Below are positions 35,625-44,875 of a stretch of DNA of 56,574 nt, piece after piece. The first letter of the stretch is position 1, and the number at the start of each line of letters is the position of its first letter. The DNA is from Oscillospiraceae bacterium (GTDB lineage Bacteria > Bacillota > Clostridia > Oscillospirales > CAG-272): positions 1 to 56,574 of the forward strand of contig SVSK01000006.1 in NCBI GenBank assembly GCA_015064345.1, in the 5' to 3' direction. The position numbers and the translations under genes were made by a program. The notes beneath the pieces are model-generated. The model did no database searches, was not told the DNA's origin, and saw only the letters and a list, made by a program, of their open reading frames with translations.

Positions 35625-36476
35625 TTACGCCTTGTGTACAAACAGCACGCCTATGCAGCTTCTGCCGCAGTGTGAGGAGATAGTACAGCCTGCGCGGGTA
35701 ATGTGCACGTTAGCCGTGGGAATGATGCTCTTCACCTGCTCGGCACATTTTGCGAGAAATTCCTCGGGCAGTCCTGCGTGGGTAACGAAAATGCAGCTGT
35801 CCTCAACGTCGCTTCCGTCGCCGAGTCTGTCTGCGATGTACTTGCCTACGTTAATGTCAAATTTTCCGCGATACTTCTTGCCGACCATCATCTTGCCTTC
35901 ATGTACAGCGATGCAGGGCTTGAGCTGGAGAAGATTTGCGCCAAATGCGGCAACAGCGGAACATCTGCCACCCTTGTGGAGAAATTCAAGATTGTCAATG
36001 ATAAAGGAAGCGTCCACTCTGCCTGTCATCGCGCGGCAAGCTTCTGCAATTTCCTTGGCACCTTTGCCTTCTTTTGCCATTTCAGCAGCCGCAACAACGA
36101 GAAGTCCGCCGCCGGTTGAAAGATTGCGTGTGTCAACCACGTAAACTCCCTCGAACTCTTCTGCCGCAAGTCGAGCATTGTTGTTGGTGGAGGACATTTC
36201 GCTGCTGATGGTGAAGAAAACGACCTCGCTTCCGTCTGCTGTGAGCTCTCCGAAGAATGTGAGAAAATCGGAGATATTCGGCGCCGCAGTTTTCGGCAGA
36301 ACACCGTTATCCTCGTAGTACTTGTATATCATATCGGGATCAATATCAACCCCGTCTGTGTAAGCCTTGCCGCCGAGGTTTACTGTAAGAGGAGCAATCT
36401 TCACTCCATAACGCTCTTTAAGCTCAGCATTAAGGTCAGTTGTTGAGTCGCTTGCAATAATTACTTTTTTACACAT
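35625..36476 (-). CDS. DegV family fatty-acid-binding protein (FakB-like)
   Basis: SDST, PKTAAP, ISSEMSST, VDT, LHKGGRC, LKP, ISSHCG. Confidence 0.95.
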   Translation of the reverse strand: MCKKVIIASDSTTDLNAELKERYGVKIAPLTVNLGGKAYTDGVDIDPDMIYKYYEDNGVLPKTAAPNISDFLTFFGELTADGSEVVFFTISSEMSSTNNNARLAAEEFEGVYVVDTRNLSTGGGLLVVAAAEMAKEGKGAKEIAEACRAMTGRVDASFIIDNLEFLHKGGRCSAVAAFGANLLQLKPCIAVHEGKMMVGKKYRGKFDINVGKYIADRLGDGSDVEDSCIFVTHAGLPEEFLAKCAEQVKSIIPTANVHITRAGCTISSHCGRSCIGVLFVHKA

Positions 36477-36612
36477 AACTTGTCTTTCCTTCCGTCAGTT
36501 TACTTTCACTATTTATTAATCATAGCACCCAATTGTAAACTGCATATAAACAAAAGATGGGTTGTAGGTATATTATCGTAAAATTGTTGACTTTTCAATA
36601 ATTATTCAACAC

Positions 36613-36654
36613 AAAAAAACGGTACCGAGCAAAAGCCAAGCACCGTTTGTTTTT
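36613..36654 (-). terminator. Terminator after GH2 gene
   Basis: AAACGGT..ACCGTTT stem followed by a T tract on the minus strand. Confidence 0.6.
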
Positions 36655-36665
36655 ATGATGTTTTC

Positions 36666-38933
36666 TTATTTCTTCGGTTTTCTGATGCGGTTGAGCTGCT
36701 TGTTCAGCTTGAGAAGCTCTTCCTTGGTGAAGCTGATGTTCATCATGCCCATCATGGATGTGAGACGAAGCACGGTAAAGCCGCCCATCATCTGCATGAG
36801 ACCGCTGTCTCCGCCCTTAAGGTCAACTTCAAATCCGCCGGACTTCTTCTCGCCCTTCTTGCCCTCATCCATCTTCTTTTTCATCTGGAGACCCATCTTA
36901 GCAAACCAAAGCTTGCCGCGGAAGGTCTTCATGATCTCGCCAAGTGTATCGTTAAGGGAGAAGCGTCCCTCGGGTGCGTTGATGTCGAACCAGTTGAGGA
37001 CAGCGCCCTTCTCAACGAGAACGTAGTCCATGTTCATCTCGTCAACCTTCTTGATCTTGCCCTCGTCGGAAAGCTCGCCTGCCTTCGCAACGATTGTGGA
37101 CTCGCCCACGTTCTTTACGTCAAAGTAGAAGAAGTGGTCCTCCGCTGTCTTCTTGCCGATACTTTCACCATTTACGAAGAGCTCAACCTCGGGAAGGTTA
37201 GAGTAAACTGTAACCTTTGTTACGTCTTCAACTCTGTCGATATATCTCTTGCCGCAGAGGTGAACAAAGGGATCTGTCTCGGGAGAAACAAGCCATGCCT
37301 TGTATGCAAAGAATGCGTCCTTCTTGTACTTACGGTCGATGGTTACAAGGCCCTTGTGGTTCTGTCCGTTTTCGCCGCCTTCAGCTCTTGCGTCAGCACC
37401 GAAGTCGAACATGTTCCAAACGTGGGTAGCCCAGATATACTTTCTTGTAAAGAGCTGCTTGATAAGCTCCTCGTGGTAGTATGCCTGATATTCTTCAGTA
37501 TAGTCGCCCTGCTTGGGGGTGCTTGTGTGCCAGTTGAGAGCTTCACAGCCGTACTCGGAGCAGCCAATCGGAATTGTGGGATGTGTCTGGTGGAACTTAT
37601 CGAACCAAGGTCCGTTCATTGTTGTGTCTCCGCCGTACCAGCCGAAGTAGTGGTTGTAGGATACAACGTCGGGAATCTGGAGATAGGGGTCGTCCATCTT
37701 GCACATAGAAACTGCCGCGATGGTTGTAAGACGTGTCTTGTCCATTTCGTGACAGAGATCGTTAAGGATGCGGTGATTTTCGAGAAGATCGTCGTCGCTT
37801 CCGCCAATGGAGATCTCGTTGGAAAGTCCCCATACAACGATGGATGCGTGGTTGTAGTTCTGGGAGATAAGCTCCTTCATCTGGGAGATTGTATTCTCAC
37901 GACCTGTGGGCATGTGCTTGGAAATGTAGGGGATCTCTGCCCATACAACCATACCGCGTTCGTCACAAAGATCATAGAAGAACTGATCGTGCTGATAGTG
38001 AGCAAGACGGATTGTAGTTGCACCAACTTCACAGATAAGATCCATGTCTTCGATGTGATGTTCGGGAAGGAGTGCGTTACCGAATCCCCATCTGTCCTGA
38101 TGACGGGATACGCCGCGGAGAGGATATTCCTCACCGTTGAGGATGAATCCGCGATCAGGGTCGATCCGGAACGTTCTGCAGCCGAAGCGAGTAGAAACTG
38201 TGTCGATAACCTCGCCGCCGTCAATAAGCTCAGCCTTTGCGCTGTAGAGGTAGGGATCACGTCTGCCGTGCCAGAGGTGAACCTCGGGAATCTCGATCAC
38301 AGCCTTGCCGTCCTCGGATTCAGCGGTGAATGTCTTGCAGCCGCAGCGGGATGTGACAGTGAAACGAACTGTCTGGCCGTCCTTCTTGTCGGTAACCCAT
38401 GCTTCAAGCTCAACCTTTGCGTCCTTGCCTTCAACGGTAGGAGTTACCTTGATACCGGGTGCTCCGAAGTAGTCGAGGTCAAAGTGAGATGCGGGAACAG
38501 CAATAAGGTTTACGTTACGGTACATACCGCCGTAGAATGTGAAGTCAGCCATCTGGGGATAAACTGTCTCGTTGATGGTGTTTTCGATTACAACAGCGAT
38601 CTCGTTTTCGTCCTTCAGCGCGCCTGTAATGTTAACTCTCCAAGTGGAGTAGCCGCCGTCGTGGTGAGCAAGCTTTTCGCCGTTGATGTAGAGATCCGCA
38701 GAAGCATTTGTACCGCGGAACTCGATATAGTAAAGCTCGCCCTCGGGAAGCTCCGCCTTGTTCAGATTCTTCTTATAGAGGCAGTGACCGCGGAAGTAGT
38801 CGTTGCCGCCGTCCATACCGTCGATTGCGTTCCATGAGTGAGGTACGTTAACCTGCTCGCCTACAGTTGCAGTGATATCGGCAGTATCCTTCACGAAAAG
38901 CCAATTTTCATTGAGGCTTACGATATTTCTCAT
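36666..38933 (-). CDS. GH2 beta-glucuronidase (likely the clostridial FMN-binding class)
   Basis: GVSRHQD, IRLAHYQ, WGLSNE (acid/base), YFGWY, SEYG (nucleophile), NHKG glucuronate N-x-K motif; Met-rich helical C-terminal extension; next to uxuA/uxuB. Confidence 0.85.
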   Translation of the reverse strand: MRNIVSLNENWLFVKDTADITATVGEQVNVPHSWNAIDGMDGGNDYFRGHCLYKKNLNKAELPEGELYYIEFRGTNASADLYINGEKLAHHDGGYSTWRVNITGALKDENEIAVVIENTINETVYPQMADFTFYGGMYRNVNLIAVPASHFDLDYFGAPGIKVTPTVEGKDAKVELEAWVTDKKDGQTVRFTVTSRCGCKTFTAESEDGKAVIEIPEVHLWHGRRDPYLYSAKAELIDGGEVIDTVSTRFGCRTFRIDPDRGFILNGEEYPLRGVSRHQDRWGFGNALLPEHHIEDMDLICEVGATTIRLAHYQHDQFFYDLCDERGMVVWAEIPYISKHMPTGRENTISQMKELISQNYNHASIVVWGLSNEISIGGSDDDLLENHRILNDLCHEMDKTRLTTIAAVSMCKMDDPYLQIPDVVSYNHYFGWYGGDTTMNGPWFDKFHQTHPTIPIGCSEYGCEALNWHTSTPKQGDYTEEYQAYYHEELIKQLFTRKYIWATHVWNMFDFGADARAEGGENGQNHKGLVTIDRKYKKDAFFAYKAWLVSPETDPFVHLCGKRYIDRVEDVTKVTVYSNLPEVELFVNGESIGKKTAEDHFFYFDVKNVGESTIVAKAGELSDEGKIKKVDEMNMDYVLVEKGAVLNWFDINAPEGRFSLNDTLGEIMKTFRGKLWFAKMGLQMKKKMDEGKKGEKKSGGFEVDLKGGDSGLMQMMGGFTVLRLTSMMGMMNISFTKEELLKLNKQLNRIRKPKK

Positions 38934-39016
38934 TTGTTTTCTCCTGTATTATTATGGAATTATGCCCGACAATACGTTAATACTGTCGGGCTGTTGTTTT
39001 GTCAAATAAGCGTAAA

Positions 39017-40507
39017 TTATGCGAGGTTGTCGTTGTCTTCAGCAGTTGTATATGTAAGAACGTCATCTGCTTCAACATCACGGCCGAGGTCAGCGTTCAT
39101 CTTAGCAAGAGTCTTCTTGTCAAGGTTGTAAATAAGACCGAGACCGATGAACTGCATCACTGCAGAAGCGAGGAAGAGGATAGCAACGAGTGTACGAAGC
39201 TCGATTGCAAATTCCCAAGAAAGCTTTGTAACGTCAATAAATGCAGCGCCTGTTTCAGGGTCAACAGCGTTGTTAACGTAGCCCATGCCCTGCATAATGA
39301 TAAGAGCAACTGCGGGACCTACGCCCTGAGCCAGCTTACGGAAGAAGGAGTGAAGTGAATATACAACGCCTTCTTCTCTCTTGCCTGTCTTCCATTCGTT
39401 GTAGTCGATAGCGTCACCCATCATAGCCCAAGATACTGTGGAGTAGATACCAAGGCCAAGGCTGTATACGAGCTGGCAAAGAACGTAGAGAAGCAGGTCA
39501 AGACCGATGTTGTTAGGTGTAATAACAAAGAGGCCGAGACCGCCGATGATGGATGCGATAGAACCAACAACAGCGAGTTCCTTCTTACCGTACTTTGTAA
39601 CCATCTTACGAGCAAGAGGTGTGAAAACAAGGATCGGGATCATAGCGAAGAGCTGAACGATACCGGAGATCTCAGTGTTCTTGAAGTAGATCTGGAATGT
39701 TACGGATACTGCTGTAGCAGCGCCCTGCATACCGATGAACATACCCATAGCAGCGAGAGTAGCACCTACTGCGGGACGGTTCTTTACGAAGTTTCCGAGA
39801 GCCTTCCAAACGTTGAACTTAGGCTGATCTTCGTTAACCTTTGTTTCAACATCAACTCTGATCTCAGTGTTCTTGATCATGAACTGGAAGCAAATGAATC
39901 CGAGAACGCCCATTACGAGAGCTGCAACAAATACCATGTTGCCGTTAAGGGATTCGTCTTCGTTGTAAATAAGGAAAGGAAGGATAACCATGGGAAGCAT
40001 ATTACCAACCATGGATCCGATAGAACGCCATGCGGAAAGAGAAGCTCTGTCAGCAGGATCATTGGAAATCAAAGAGAGGAGAGAGCCGTAAGGAACGTTT
40101 GCGATTGTGTAGAATGCGTCCCAAACAACGTAACCTGCGATGAAGATGATAAACTTAGCCCAAACAGGAGCAGCGGGGAAAGGCAGGAAGCAGCACGCGC
40201 CACCTACGATAAGACCGATAGAACCAACAAAAATATACTGAAGGAACTTGTTTCTCTTGTACTTGCGACGGTCAGCGTCGATCATAGAACCGATAAGGGG
40301 GTCATTGATAGCGTCCCATACCTGAACGATAATGAGAAGCAGTGAATACCACGCGCTCATACCCATTACCTGAGTCCAGAAGAGCGCCATTGTTCCCTTG
40401 AGAGCAAAGCTCATGTTGCAGCCAAGGTCGCCTGCCGCGTAAGCGATACTGTCGCGTATGCCGAACTTGCGCTTGCCATTTGCATCGAGTTTGATTTCTT
40501 TTGCCAT
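39017..40507 (-). CDS. GPH-family MFS glycoside:cation symporter (glucuronide permease-like)
   Basis: AYAAGDLGCN, WDAINDPLIG..D, NVPYGSL, DAIDY.EWKTGKR.EG. Confidence 0.92.
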   Translation of the reverse strand: MAKEIKLDANGKRKFGIRDSIAYAAGDLGCNMSFALKGTMALFWTQVMGMSAWYSLLLIIVQVWDAINDPLIGSMIDADRRKYKRNKFLQYIFVGSIGLIVGGACCFLPFPAAPVWAKFIIFIAGYVVWDAFYTIANVPYGSLLSLISNDPADRASLSAWRSIGSMVGNMLPMVILPFLIYNEDESLNGNMVFVAALVMGVLGFICFQFMIKNTEIRVDVETKVNEDQPKFNVWKALGNFVKNRPAVGATLAAMGMFIGMQGAATAVSVTFQIYFKNTEISGIVQLFAMIPILVFTPLARKMVTKYGKKELAVVGSIASIIGGLGLFVITPNNIGLDLLLYVLCQLVYSLGLGIYSTVSWAMMGDAIDYNEWKTGKREEGVVYSLHSFFRKLAQGVGPAVALIIMQGMGYVNNAVDPETGAAFIDVTKLSWEFAIELRTLVAILFLASAVMQFIGLGLIYNLDKKTLAKMNADLGRDVEADDVLTYTTAEDNDNLA

Positions 40508-40817
40508 GATGCGATTTACCTCTTTTCTTGAAATTTATGTAAAATTAATAAAATTACCGCGCCGGGTAATTAAAAGACAGTAATAATGACAAATCTTTAG
40601 TTTAAGTATAAAGTATTTTGTATTTTTTCGTGAGGAATATTTTTTGATGTTTTTGTATATTTTTAAGAAGACTGCTCAAACACCGTTGAATTATCCACAA
40701 AAATGTATTATAATATATGCAAATGACCGCGATAAAGCAAAGTTTTTTGTGATTGATGACAAAAAATACTACTGTTTCGGTCTTTGTGTTAATGATTTGT
40801 CGCAATTTTATTAACTG

Positions 40818-42071
40818 ATGGAGGTAAAAAGAGTGACATACGCCTCGGAAATGAAGTTCATGCAAAGTGTCTTCGAAAAATCCCGTCTGCAGACCCGCGT
40901 TCTCGATATCGACGTTGACACCGAATTGAATGTCTCCGAAGATATTAATGACATATTGGTGGAGCGCGATATCTATTTCGTTAAGAATAACAGCCCCCGC
41001 CCTGAACCGAATGTGGTTTACAAGCTGACGGACCAATACTCCCGTACATTCGTCTTCTTCCAGTTACCCCAAACCGACGGTCGAATGGTCATGCTCATCG
41101 GTCCATTTTATCATGTAGAGATGACCCAAAAGAAAATATCCGTACTGGCGGAAAAAGCCGCACCGGGCCCCGGATTCAAGAGCATAATGGACAAGTATTT
41201 CATGAGCATACCGTACATTCCGAAGGAAAGTCATATTTTTGTGATGCTCGATACATTCTTCGAGCTCATCTGGGGTGGAATTGACGCCTTCACAACCATC
41301 GATCTGAACGTTGACAGACCGGGTGGGTCGTTCATGCAGTTCAGAAGAGAGCCCACCGATCCCGAGAAAACCGCTTGGAACATGCAGATCATGGAGCAGA
41401 GGTACTCTTACGAAAACGAGCTGATGAACGCAGTTGCTCACGGACAGATACACAAATCGGAATTGCTGCTGTCTGCGTTTTCTACCATCGCTTTTGAGGA
41501 AAGATCCTCAAATCCCGTTCAGAACACAAAAAACTACTGTATAATAATGAACACGCTTCTTCGCAAGGCGGCTGAAAACGGCGGTGTGCATCCCGTATAT
41601 CTGGATTCCCAGTCATCGTTGTTTGCTCATAAGATCGAAAAGCTCATGTCTACCGCGGAAGCTTCTTCTCTCATGACGGATATGTTCCGTTCCTACTGCA
41701 GACTCGTTCGCAAGCATTCAATGAAGCACTACTCTCCCCCGATCCAGAAAGTGGTTGCCGCCATTGACTTCGATCTGACTGCGAATCTTACCCTCAGCTC
41801 CCTTGCCGCAATGCAAAACATCAGCCCCAGCTATCTTTCCGCCTTGTTCAAGCAGGAGGTTGGCAAGACTCTTACTGACTACGTAAACAGCAAGAGGATA
41901 GAGCGTGCCATGCAGCTGCTTGAGACAACTCGACTGCAGGTTCAGACCGTTGCACAGAATTGCGGAATACTTGACGTTCACTATTTCTCAAAAATCTTCA
42001 AGAAAACAACTGGTATGACCCCGAAAGAATACCGAGCTTCGGTCACAGGCGACTTGGGCTCAAAAAAATAA
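40818..42071 (+). CDS. AraC-family transcriptional regulator
   Basis: C-terminal ISPSYLSALFKQEVG..R..A..LL..VA..CG..YFSKIFKKTTGMTPKEYR; start codon uncertain. Confidence 0.92.
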   Translation: MEVKRVTYASEMKFMQSVFEKSRLQTRVLDIDVDTELNVSEDINDILVERDIYFVKNNSPRPEPNVVYKLTDQYSRTFVFFQLPQTDGRMVMLIGPFYHVEMTQKKISVLAEKAAPGPGFKSIMDKYFMSIPYIPKESHIFVMLDTFFELIWGGIDAFTTIDLNVDRPGGSFMQFRREPTDPEKTAWNMQIMEQRYSYENELMNAVAHGQIHKSELLLSAFSTIAFEERSSNPVQNTKNYCIIMNTLLRKAAENGGVHPVYLDSQSSLFAHKIEKLMSTAEASSLMTDMFRSYCRLVRKHSMKHYSPPIQKVVAAIDFDLTANLTLSSLAAMQNISPSYLSALFKQEVGKTLTDYVNSKRIERAMQLLETTRLQVQTVAQNCGILDVHYFSKIFKKTTGMTPKEYRASVTGDLGSKK

Positions 42072-42089
42072 TTGTCGGAGGACAAAAAT

Positions 42090-43145
42090 ATGAGTATCAA
42101 ACTTTCTTTCCGTTGGTACGGTGAGAGCGATCCCGTATCCCTCGAATATATTTCCCAGATTCCCGGAATGAGATCTGTGGTTTCTGCAGTTTATGACGTT
42201 AAGCCCGGTGAGGTATGGCCCGAGGAAAGCCTTGCAAAGATGAAAGAGCAGTGTGAAAAGCACGGTCTTCTCTTCGATATCGTTGAATCCATCCCCGTGC
42301 ATGAGGACATCAAGCTGGGCAGAAACAACGTTGACGAGCTTCTTGAGGTTTACTGCGAAAACGTAAGAAGATGTGCAAAATACGGTGTAAAGTGCGTAAC
42401 ATACAACTTCATGCCTGTATTCGACTGGACTCGCACTCAGCTTGACAAGAAGGCGCCCGACGGATCTACCAGCCTTGTAATGTACTGGGATCAGATGCGC
42501 GGCCTTGATCCTCTGAAGGATGATATCCACCTGCCCGGTTGGGACTCCAGCTACACACAGGAAGAAGTTCGCGAGCTTATCACCGCTTACGGCGAGCTTG
42601 GCGAAGAAGGACTTTGGGCAAATCTCGAAAAGTTCCTGAAAAAGGTCATCCCCGTTGCAGAAGAATGTGGCGTAAGAATGGCTATCCATCCCGATGACCC
42701 GCCGTACCCCATCTTCGGTCTGCCCCGCATTATTACCTGCGAAGCAAACCTCGACCGTTTCTTAAAGCTTTACGACAGCCCCGCAAACAGCCTCTGCCTC
42801 TGCACAGGTAGCCTTGGTTGTGCGGCAAGCAACGATATCCCCGCAATGGTACGTAAGTATGCCGAGTGGGATCGCATCGCATTCATGCACATCCGTAACG
42901 TAAAGATCATGGAAGACGGCTCATTTGAAGAAAGAGCTCATCTCTCATCCTGCGGTTCACTTGACGTTTACGACATCGTTAAGGCGCTGGTTGACAACGG
43001 ATTCGACGGCTACGTTCGTCCTGACCACGGCAGAATGATCTGGGGTGAAACAGGCAAGCCCGGTTACGGTCTCTTCGACAGAGCGCTGGGTGCAACATAC
43101 ATCAACGGTATGTTCGAGGCTTGCGAAAAGGCAGCAAAAAAATAA
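42090..43145 (+). CDS. uxuA: Mannonate dehydratase
   Basis: FRWYG, VESIPVHEDIK, YNFMPVFDWTRT, HPDDPP, RPDHGR, GYGLFDRALG; GGAGG RBS. Confidence 0.97.
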   Translation: MSIKLSFRWYGESDPVSLEYISQIPGMRSVVSAVYDVKPGEVWPEESLAKMKEQCEKHGLLFDIVESIPVHEDIKLGRNNVDELLEVYCENVRRCAKYGVKCVTYNFMPVFDWTRTQLDKKAPDGSTSLVMYWDQMRGLDPLKDDIHLPGWDSSYTQEEVRELITAYGELGEEGLWANLEKFLKKVIPVAEECGVRMAIHPDDPPYPIFGLPRIITCEANLDRFLKLYDSPANSLCLCTGSLGCAASNDIPAMVRKYAEWDRIAFMHIRNVKIMEDGSFEERAHLSSCGSLDVYDIVKALVDNGFDGYVRPDHGRMIWGETGKPGYGLFDRALGATYINGMFEACEKAAKK

Positions 43146-43162
43146 GATTAGGAGATAAAACA

Positions 43163-44014
43163 ATGAACAAGAATGTTTTGAATACAGATCTCACAGGCAA
43201 GGTAGCAGTTGTAACAGGTGCGGGCGGTGTGCTCTGCTCCCAGTTTGCCGCAACTCTTGCAAGAGCAGGCGCAAAGGTAGCTCTTCTGGACCTCAACTTC
43301 GACGCAGCGAAAGCATATGCAGACGAAATCGTAGCTGAAGGCGGCATCGCAAAGGCTTACTCCTGCAACGTGCTTGACAAGGACATCTGCTACAGCGTAG
43401 CTGATCAGGTTCTTGCCGATCTCGGTCCTTGCGATATCCTCGTAAACGGTGCCGGCGGAAACAATCCCAAGGCAACAACCGACAAGGAATACTTTGAGCT
43501 TGGCGACATCGACGCTGACACAAAGTCCTTCTTCGATCTTGACGCGTCCGGCGTTGGCTTCGTGTTCAATCTCAACTTCCTCGGCACACTCATCCCCACA
43601 CAGGCATTTGCCCGTCAGATGGTTGGCCGTGAGGGTTGCAACATCATCAACATTTCCTCAATGAACGCGTATACACCTCTTACAAAGATCCCCGCTTACT
43701 CCGGTGCGAAGGCTGCTATCTCCAACTTCACACAGTGGCTGGCAGTTCACTTCTCCAAGGTGGGCATCAGAGTTAACGCAATCGCCCCCGGCTTCTTCTC
43801 CACAAAGCAGAACGCAAAGCTGCTCTGGAACGATGACGGTACACCCACAGCCCGCACTGGCAAGATCCTCGCCGCAACTCCCATGGGACGCTTCGGTGAA
43901 TCAAACGAGCTTGAGGGCGGTCTTCTCTTCCTCCTCAACAACGAGGCGGCAAGCTTCATCACAGGCGTGGTACTCCCCATCGACGGCGGTTTCTCCGCTT
44001 ACTCCGGTGTGTAA
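43163..44014 (+). CDS. uxuB: SDR-type D-mannonate oxidoreductase (fructuronate reductase)
   Basis: TGAGGVL, NGAGGN.P.ATT, SSMNAYTPLTKIPAYSGAK, IAPGFF; follows uxuA. Confidence 0.88.
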   Translation: MNKNVLNTDLTGKVAVVTGAGGVLCSQFAATLARAGAKVALLDLNFDAAKAYADEIVAEGGIAKAYSCNVLDKDICYSVADQVLADLGPCDILVNGAGGNNPKATTDKEYFELGDIDADTKSFFDLDASGVGFVFNLNFLGTLIPTQAFARQMVGREGCNIINISSMNAYTPLTKIPAYSGAKAAISNFTQWLAVHFSKVGIRVNAIAPGFFSTKQNAKLLWNDDGTPTARTGKILAATPMGRFGESNELEGGLLFLLNNEAASFITGVVLPIDGGFSAYSGV

Positions 44015-44028
44015 ACCAAATCATACAA

Positions 44029-44072
44029 AACAAAAAACCTCGGATCGCTCCGGGGTTTTGTTTTTTATTCGG
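44029..44072 (+). repeat. 44-bp direct repeat, left copy (terminator hairpin; includes antitoxin stop)
   Basis: AACAAAAAACCTCGGATCGCTCCGGGGTTTTGTTTTTTATTCGG, identical to 44828-44871. Confidence 0.95.
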
Positions 44073-44376
44073 ATACTATTCCCGATCTTCTTGGAAAGCT
44101 TGGATCGTTTTTTGTCAGCGTAAGAAGTCTGCAGGCCGCTCCCTCAGGGTGATTTCTTCCTGACTCCCACGCCTCAACTGTTTTGGGTGACACCCCCATA
44201 TATTTCGCAAACATAACCTGCGTCAGTCCGGTATTCCCTCTGATCACCTTGATCTCACTTGCGGAAAAATATTCTACAGGAGCAACAGACAATACTGTCT
44301 TTTTTGCCTTAAGATTCCCTTTTTCATACTCTATCGCCTGCTCAAGCCCTGTTTTTATTTCATCAAATATTCCCAT
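44065..44376 (-). CDS. higA: HigA-like Xre/HTH antitoxin
   Basis: IFDEIKTGLEQAIEYEKG..IR...GLTQ..FA...GVS..TVEAWESGR..P; RBS spacing favours ATG 44376 over GTG 44382. Confidence 0.88.
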   Translation of the reverse strand: MGIFDEIKTGLEQAIEYEKGNLKAKKTVLSVAPVEYFSASEIKVIRGNTGLTQVMFAKYMGVSPKTVEAWESGRNHPEGAACRLLTLTKNDPSFPRRSGIVSE

Positions 44377-44391
44377 GTTCACCGTCTCCTT

Positions 44392-44739
44392 TTAGGTATT
44401 ATTATCTTCAAGCTGCTTTTGAAGTATACCGATCAACTGTTTTAGCTCATTCCTTTCAGATTGGGTCAGATTGTCCTTTTCATTCTTAGGATATGCAGTT
44501 ATGAGAAATATCTTCTCATATATTTCAAAATCAACGTATATGACACGAATACTTCCGCTCTTTCCGCGATGCTCATAAGCGAATCTCATCTTTCGAATAC
44601 CCCCGGTACCCTGCATTACGTCTCCCACTTTCGGGTCAGCAAGTATTTCCTCTTGAAGTCTTCGCAGATCGCTGTCGTCAAGCCCTAATGATTTCCATTT
44701 TGCTCTGAATAATGGAAGCTCAATAAATGAACGTGTCAT
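44392..44739 (-). CDS. higB: RelE/HigB-family toxin
   Basis: FIELPLF..P..GDVMQGTGGIRKMR..RGKSGSIRVIY..LITAYPKNEKDNLT; toxin precedes antitoxin; GAGG RBS before ATG 44739. Confidence 0.9.
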   Translation of the reverse strand: MTRSFIELPLFRAKWKSLGLDDSDLRRLQEEILADPKVGDVMQGTGGIRKMRFAYEHRGKSGSIRVIYVDFEIYEKIFLITAYPKNEKDNLTQSERNELKQLIGILQKQLEDNNT

Positions 44740-44773
44740 GTCTTTCCTCTTGCCAAGTAATATTTTCATTTCA

Positions 44774-44802
44774 ATTATACCCTATTTAATAGGGTATGTC
44801 AA
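44774..44802 (-). promoter_or_regulatory. Consensus promoter with perfect palindromic operator (TA autoregulation)
   Basis: TTGACA-17 nt-TATAAT; ATACCCTATT-T-AATAGGGTAT at 44777-44797 fills the spacer. Confidence 0.85.
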
Positions 44803-44827
44803 GGGTTTTGATAAAATTTTACCCGTT

Positions 44828-44871
44828 AACAAAAAACCTCGGATCGCTCCGGGGTTTTGTTTTTTATTCGG
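44828..44871 (+). repeat. 44-bp direct repeat, right copy (terminator of the SulP gene)
   Basis: Identical to 44029-44072. Confidence 0.95.
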
Positions 44872-44875
44872 TTTG

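Noticed and set aside
37134-38837. 567-aa plus-strand ORF
   Set aside because: Antisense shadow of the GH2 gene, like similar shadows at 5035, 11105 and 51194.
38964-38991. GCCCGAC..GTCGGGC hairpin between permease and GH2 as an ncRNA
   Set aside because: Short intergenic stem with no U tract on the coding strand; most simply an mRNA stability or processing element.
44065-44739. TA module as part of a prophage or ICE
   Set aside because: No integrase, phage or conjugation genes; the flanks are ordinary metabolic genes.
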